Origin: Leucobacter sp. | Lineage (GTDB): Bacteria > Actinomycetota > Actinomycetes > Actinomycetales > Microbacteriaceae | NCBI GenBank assembly: GCA_052094845.1 | Contig: JBQDKK010000001.1 | Location: forward strand, 163,386-227,385 | Direction of reading: 5' to 3' | Length of the DNA: 64,000 nucleotides | In this document: positions 59,229 through 64,000 of the stretch, piece by piece | How positions within the stretch are numbered: position 1 is the stretch's first letter | How the letters are laid out: each line of letters starts with the position of its first letter | Translations under genes and position numbers: made by a program | The notes under the pieces: generated by a model | What the model was told of the DNA's origin: nothing | The model's input: the letters and a program-made list of their open reading frames with translations, nothing else | Databases searched by the model: none

Positions 59229-59415
59229 ACATCGCTCCTTTGCGGTGGGGCCTGTGGCGGCCACACTCAAGCATGCGGAATCTGCGGCGCTCGCGCATTC
59301 GACAGTTTGTGCAGATTCCTACGGCGCATCGCCGCATTGTTACGCATTCTGCGAATTCAGATTTGGCAAAGCGTCGATCTGGTCACTTCTCAATCGACGG
59401 TTTGCGACAATCGGG

Positions 59416-61002
59416 TCAGTCTTGTAGGTATCTCAGCGCGAGGGCGAGCTCCGCCCGAGCTTGGAAATCCTCAAGGTCTGTCCCAGTAAGCACCGAGATC
59501 TGCTGCAGCCTTGCCCCGAGCGTGTGCCGATGAATACTGAGCTCACGCGCGGCAGGAAGAGTGCGTCCGTGATGGCGGAGCCACACCCGCAGCGTCGAAA
59601 GGAGCTCAGCATTGTGTTCGGCGTCGTGAGCAGTGAGCGGGCCAAGCAATCTGCGCGCTACGTGCGCCGCCTCAGACGAGTCGATGAGGTCAGAAACACC
59701 CTCGCGCCAGATATCAGGGAAGGCGGTCACGCCTGCTGCCTCCCGACGCAAGCCAAATTCCGCGGCTTTCTTGGCCTCGTCAAGCGACAGGGCGAGCCCC
59801 TCCCAGCGGTCACAGCGTGACCTGCCGAGCGTGAGCGGGAACGTCTCGAGGTGGGCGATCACCCGGTCGGCGTCGCGTTCGCGTGCCAAGACGGCGAGGT
59901 CTCCGCGGTACTGGGCAAAGAAGATACCCAGGTCCTCCTGCACCTGTAGTGCTTCGAGAGCGGGGAGTACGCGTGCCGCTTCGACGTCGCGCGGCACTCC
60001 GACAATCGTTACGAGCGGCACCTGCGGTAGTGGCCGCCACACGCTCTCGACGATGTGCGAGGTGACGGCAACGTTGTCTGAGAGCACGAGCTGCAGGAGG
60101 GCTTCGCGGAGCGTCGAGTGCAACCGCTCAAGCGCCTGGTTCTGCTCGAGCGAGACACTCACGAGCGCGAGCACGCTCGACAGCACGTTGCGCGAGACGT
60201 CGTCGAAGGCCTGGCTGAGGGTGAGGACGAGCATTCCGCTCGGCTCTCCAGGTTCACCGAGAAGCTGGAGGATCGCCTCAACCTCGGCGGTGACCTGCGC
60301 CGAGCGGAAACGCTGGCCGCCCGCAAGCGTCTCTTGCACGATCGCGGTGAGCTTGGGCTCGGAGAGGCGCCTACCATCCGGGGCATCGATCACGATGACG
60401 GGGTGGCCGAGCGGGTCATAGAGCGCTACACCGCAGCCCAACTGCCTGGCGGTCTCGCGCAACGTCGCGCTGAGGCCGTCGCGCCTGGTTGCGGCGTTCG
60501 CGATCGCCTTCTGCGCGCGGAGGGAGCGCCCGTAGCGTTCTGTTTGGTCGCGCTGCAGCACGCGCGAGGCCTCCTGCAGAATGTCCATGAACGAGATCTC
60601 GTACGGCACCTCGAAGAGGATGAGGCCGTGCCGTCTGCAGGCCTGGGCGAGTGGGTGGGGCACCCCGCGGTGGAGCACGTCGCTGCCGAACCCGATGCCG
60701 ATGACGCCGTGCGCGGCGATGAGCGCCACGTAGTCCTCGTACACGCGCTCGAGGCGTGCGGGGGAGACGCGCGCCTCGGGGATGGCGGGGTCGGCGGCCT
60801 CCGTGACGGGGAACTGCCAGCCCAGAGTGAGAATGACCTCCGCCGGGCCAAGGAACGGCGTCGGGTCAACCATGTCTGTGGCGTGCAGCCACTCGAAGTC
60901 GCGGTCGAGCGCCTGCTCGTCCGTCGTGCCCGCCTCTCCACCGACGATGAGGTTCAGGTGGAGCGATGGGTTCTGGAGAAGCTTGCGGAGGCTGAGGGAC
61001 AC
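59416..61002 (-). CDS. PucR family transcriptional regulator
   Basis: WLHATDMVDPTPFL...ILTLG PucR N-domain; L..TL..WL.H.G....AARELSIHRHTL..RL C-terminal HTH. Confidence 0.92.
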   Translation of the reverse strand: MSLSLRKLLQNPSLHLNLIVGGEAGTTDEQALDRDFEWLHATDMVDPTPFLGPAEVILTLGWQFPVTEAADPAIPEARVSPARLERVYEDYVALIAAHGVIGIGFGSDVLHRGVPHPLAQACRRHGLILFEVPYEISFMDILQEASRVLQRDQTERYGRSLRAQKAIANAATRRDGLSATLRETARQLGCGVALYDPLGHPVIVIDAPDGRRLSEPKLTAIVQETLAGGQRFRSAQVTAEVEAILQLLGEPGEPSGMLVLTLSQAFDDVSRNVLSSVLALVSVSLEQNQALERLHSTLREALLQLVLSDNVAVTSHIVESVWRPLPQVPLVTIVGVPRDVEAARVLPALEALQVQEDLGIFFAQYRGDLAVLARERDADRVIAHLETFPLTLGRSRCDRWEGLALSLDEAKKAAEFGLRREAAGVTAFPDIWREGVSDLIDSSEAAHVARRLLGPLTAHDAEHNAELLSTLRVWLRHHGRTLPAARELSIHRHTLGARLQQISVLTGTDLEDFQARAELALALRYLQD

Positions 61003-61190
61003 GTCACTATCGTAGGTGGGACGCGCGCTTTCGCGGGGGAAACTGCGCTCACGCTCGGCTGGCCGTTTGACGACTGAGGTGTCACGTGGCGCCGGGCGTG
61101 AAAATGTGCGCATCCTCGAACTTGTAGACTGGTGATCCGCGCTCTTGCGCCTCAACATGTGACGCTTCATCTATGCCGAAGGAACCACTC

Positions 61191-62780
61191 GTGACAAAGC
61201 CGGTCGTGCTGATCGCCGAAGAACTTTCGTCCGCCACTATCGCCGCGCTCGGCCCCGATTTCGACGTGCAGAACGTCGACGGTACCGACCGTGATGCACT
61301 CCGATCGGCGCTCGCCACCGCCGACGCGGTGCTCGTGCGATCGGCCACCCAGCTCGATAGCGAGGCGATCGCTTGGGGTTCGAACCTGAAGGTCATCGCC
61401 CGCGCGGGTGTCGGCCTCGACAACGTTGATATCAAGGCGGCGACGCAGGCCGGCGTCATGGTCGTGAACGCGCCCACCTCGAACATCATCAGTGCTGCGG
61501 AGCTCACTGTCGCGCACATCCTCGGCCTCGCGCGCCACCTGCCGCGCGCGCACGGCTCGCTCTCGGCAGGGGAGTGGAAGCGCTCCTCCTACACCGGAAC
61601 CGAGCTGTACGAGAAGACGATCGGCATCATCGGTCTCGGCCGGATCGGCGCGCTCGTCGCCGAGCGGCTGCGCCCCTTCGGCGTCGAGCTCATCGCCTTC
61701 GACCCGTATGTAACGGCCCCCCGCGCCCAGCAGCTTGGCGTGCAGCTCGTCTCGCTTGAAGAGCTCGTTGAACGCTCTGACTTCCTCACGATCCACATGC
61801 CGCGCACGCCCGAGACGCTCGGCATGATCGGTGCCGAGCAGCTGAAGGCAATGAAGCCGACCGCGTACGTCGTGAACGTCGCGCGCGGTGGGCTCATCGA
61901 CGAGGCTGCGCTCGCTGAAGCGCTCACCGCGGGTGAGATCGCTGGCGCGGCGCTCGACGTCTTCGTGCAGGAGCCCCCGGCTGACAACTCGCTCACCGGC
62001 CTGCCCAACGTGAACGTCACGCCCCACCTTGGAGCGTCGACCGCTGAGGCGCAGGAGAAGGCCGGCGTCGCGGTTGCGAAGTCGGTTCGCCTCGCACTCG
62101 CGGGTGACCTCGTCCCCGACGCTGTGAACGTCGCCGGCGCTGGGATCGACGAGTACGTCCGCCCCGGGCTGCCGCTCACTGAGAAGCTCGGCCAGGTGTT
62201 CGCAGGTCTCGCAGCCGGCCCCCTCGCGTCGATCGACATCGAGGTGCACGGCGAGCTTGCTGAGCACCGCGTTGAGGCGCTTCGCCTCGCCGCGCTCAAG
62301 GGCATCTTCTCGAAGATTGTCTCTGACCCCGTGTCGTATGTGAACGCCCCGCTCCTCGCTGAGCAGCGCAACGTCGAGGTCCGTTTCTCTGCAGACGCTG
62401 TCGCGGAGAGCTTCCGCAACATCATCACGATTCGCGGCTCGCTCACCGACGGCACCCAGCTCTCGGTCTCGGGCACGCTCACCGGCCCGAAGCAGATCGA
62501 GAAGCTGATCGAGGTCAACGGGTACGACGTCGAGCTGCCGCTCACCGAGCACCTGCTCGTGCTCAGCTACAGCGACCGCCCCGGTATCGTCGCGACGCTC
62601 GGCGGCAAGCTCGGCGACGCCGGCATCAACATCGCGAGCATGCAGATCGCACGTGACGAGAAGCGCGGTATGGCGCTCTCGGTGCTGACGATCGACTCGC
62701 CGCTCGCTGAGGATCTCGTTGACTCGCTCGCCGAGTCCATTGGCGCGGAGTCTGCGCGCGCGGTCGCCATCGACGCGTAG
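61191..62780 (+). CDS. serA: D-3-phosphoglycerate dehydrogenase
   Basis: ARAGVGLDNVD, GLGRIG, NVARGG, TPHLGAST.EAQ, C-terminal ACT (DRPG); RBS aagga before GTG 61191. Confidence 0.97.
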   Translation: MTKPVVLIAEELSSATIAALGPDFDVQNVDGTDRDALRSALATADAVLVRSATQLDSEAIAWGSNLKVIARAGVGLDNVDIKAATQAGVMVVNAPTSNIISAAELTVAHILGLARHLPRAHGSLSAGEWKRSSYTGTELYEKTIGIIGLGRIGALVAERLRPFGVELIAFDPYVTAPRAQQLGVQLVSLEELVERSDFLTIHMPRTPETLGMIGAEQLKAMKPTAYVVNVARGGLIDEAALAEALTAGEIAGAALDVFVQEPPADNSLTGLPNVNVTPHLGASTAEAQEKAGVAVAKSVRLALAGDLVPDAVNVAGAGIDEYVRPGLPLTEKLGQVFAGLAAGPLASIDIEVHGELAEHRVEALRLAALKGIFSKIVSDPVSYVNAPLLAEQRNVEVRFSADAVAESFRNIITIRGSLTDGTQLSVSGTLTGPKQIEKLIEVNGYDVELPLTEHLLVLSYSDRPGIVATLGGKLGDAGINIASMQIARDEKRGMALSVLTIDSPLAEDLVDSLAESIGAESARAVAIDA

Positions 62781-62840
62781 TCGCGGCAGCGGCACTCGTG
62801 CCGGGGTCGGCCAGGGCAACCTGGCCGGCCCCGGCTTTCG

Positions 62841-63549
62841 CTATTTCTGCCGGTTGATCGTGAACGACTCAAAGAAGACGTCGTCGCGCGAAGGCGTTCC
62901 GCCCTGAATCAGCGCAAAGACCCCGTCGGGCGATGCGACCACCGCGTTCAGGAGCCAGGCGGGTTCCTCACCAAGCGTCACCTCCGTGGCGACGGCCTCA
63001 ACGCCGGGCAGGTTGAGGGGCACAGAGGAGGCGATGTCGGCACCGATGCCAGCGGCCGAACCGCGAGCGGAATCTGAAGCAGTGAGGCGGGCCGCGGAGT
63101 TTCCCGAGAATGAGGCCTGATAGAACACGTCGCGGCTCTGGCAGGTCGCCAACGTGATCGTGTCGTTGCCCCCGAGTGGGTCGGGTATCTCGGTGATCTC
63201 CGGTTCGCCCGGGAACGTCACGCTGAATCCGTCTGGTGAATCATACGTATAGCCATTGCTGGGGGATGCAGAACTATCGTGGGCGCCAAGGGTGTCAGGG
63301 CCCGTGTGCTGCTCATGCTGGGTGTCGAGCGGCGCCGCCAGCCGATCTTCCCCCGCCTGAGGCGAGCCAGGGGAGGGCGCGCCAGCCAGGCGGAGCACGA
63401 CGTCAACGCTGAGCTGCGTCGGGTGTGCGGGCGTGCCAAGCAGGAGCCCGGCGAGTGCCAGCGGAGCTATGACGGCGCCGACCAGTGCACGAAGCCGGTG
63501 ACCGTTCTGGTGCGGGGGTTGTGAGCGCGGCGAACTCGTCGAACCTCAT
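62841..63549 (-). pseudogene. Secreted PsbP/DcrB-like hypothetical protein, apparent frameshift just after the start
   Basis: The body frame continues upstream of GTG 63398 through a signal-peptide-like stretch (HRLRALVGAVIAPLALAGLLLG) with no in-frame ATG/GTG/TTG; the ATG at 63549 is one base out of frame. Confidence 0.45.
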
Positions 63550-63642
63550 TGTCGTCGCGAGCGACGGGTATGAGATTGCTCAAGGCGCACCGGCCAGCTG
63601 ACGCTTCGATGTGCCCGACATCACGCCCGCGACTCCCCCGCC

Positions 63643-63815
63643 GGTGGCAACGTTGAGATTGAGGTGGGCGGAGAATACGCGGGCCAGATGGTCCACGTGT
63701 TCCTGTTCTCTGAGCCGACCTACCTGGGTGAGCACCTCGTTGACAGCGCTGGCTTCGTGCTCGTGAAGCTCGCCGAGGGGCTGGCCGGGGTGCACCGGCC
63801 CGCAGCATACGACGT
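63643..63815 (+). pseudogene. Fragment resembling an Ig-like domain of actinobacterial surface proteins
   Basis: GGNVEIEVGGEYAGQMVHVFLFSEPTYLGEHLVDSAGFVLVKLAEGLAGVHRPAAYD with no plausible N-terminus. Confidence 0.4.
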
Positions 63816-63826
63816 CACGCCGCGCA

Positions 63827-64000
63827 CTAGGTCTGGTCTGCGGCGCGGTGCTGGCGGATCCTGTCGCTCGCGAGTAGCGCGGCGCAGGCGAGCACCGCCA
63901 CCGCGATCCCGGTCATCGCGATCGCACCGTCGGAGAAGCCGAGAAACCTGGCCGCGACCGGGTGTGAGGCGCTCACAGGCTCGGCGAACTCCCACCAGCC
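63827..64000 (-). CDS. C-terminal fragment of a membrane protein (partial)
   Basis: GWWEFAEP...MTGIAVAVLACAALLASDRIRQHRAADQT*, TAG at 63827-63829. Confidence 0.5.
   Translation of the reverse strand, partial: GWWEFAEPVSASHPVAARFLGFSDGAIAMTGIAVAVLACAALLASDRIRQHRAADQT

Noticed and set aside
63580-63795. 71-aa minus-strand ORF
   Set aside because: It is the antisense of the more protein-like plus-strand fragment and has no RBS or motif.

Overview
High-GC actinobacterial chromosome segment, most likely Microbacteriaceae (Leucobacter-like; inferred from gene content, an unshifted prfB and many leaderless starts). Core genes: rpsO, prfB-ftsE-ftsX-smpB, ssrA (tmRNA), tRNA-Lys(CTT), ilvD-ilvB-ilvN-ilvC, hrpB, serA, hisN, suhB, amtB, nhaA, mgtC. 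Accessory blocks: a polyamine uptake/catabolism locus (two potD paralogues, potABC, APC permease, class III aminotransferase, Lrp regulator); an atypical-composition catabolic islet just beyond ssrA (ThDP enzyme, YtcJ-like amidohydrolase, MHS transporter, PaiB-like protein, MocR); an ABC/acetoacetate-decarboxylase-like/GntR/SDR operon; a PucR/APC/Zn-ADH operon; an internalin-like surface protein. The best candidate for an undescribed system is at 4.3-8.4 kb: an AbiEi-like/PD-(D/E)XK nuclease gene bracketed by two copies of a ~66-bp four-box palindrome, with a third, inverted, gene-less copy behind rpsO. Two of the three copies are flanked on both sides by short tandem-repeat arrays, resembling a REP/MITE-plus-nuclease arrangement. 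Also notable: an rRNA-operon-type processing stalk around the tmRNA, a six-site GlnR-box array, and candidate riboswitches before nhaA and mgtC. No CRISPR array, integrase or transposase was seen. All family assignments come from motif recognition and all identities were counted by hand; no database search was run.
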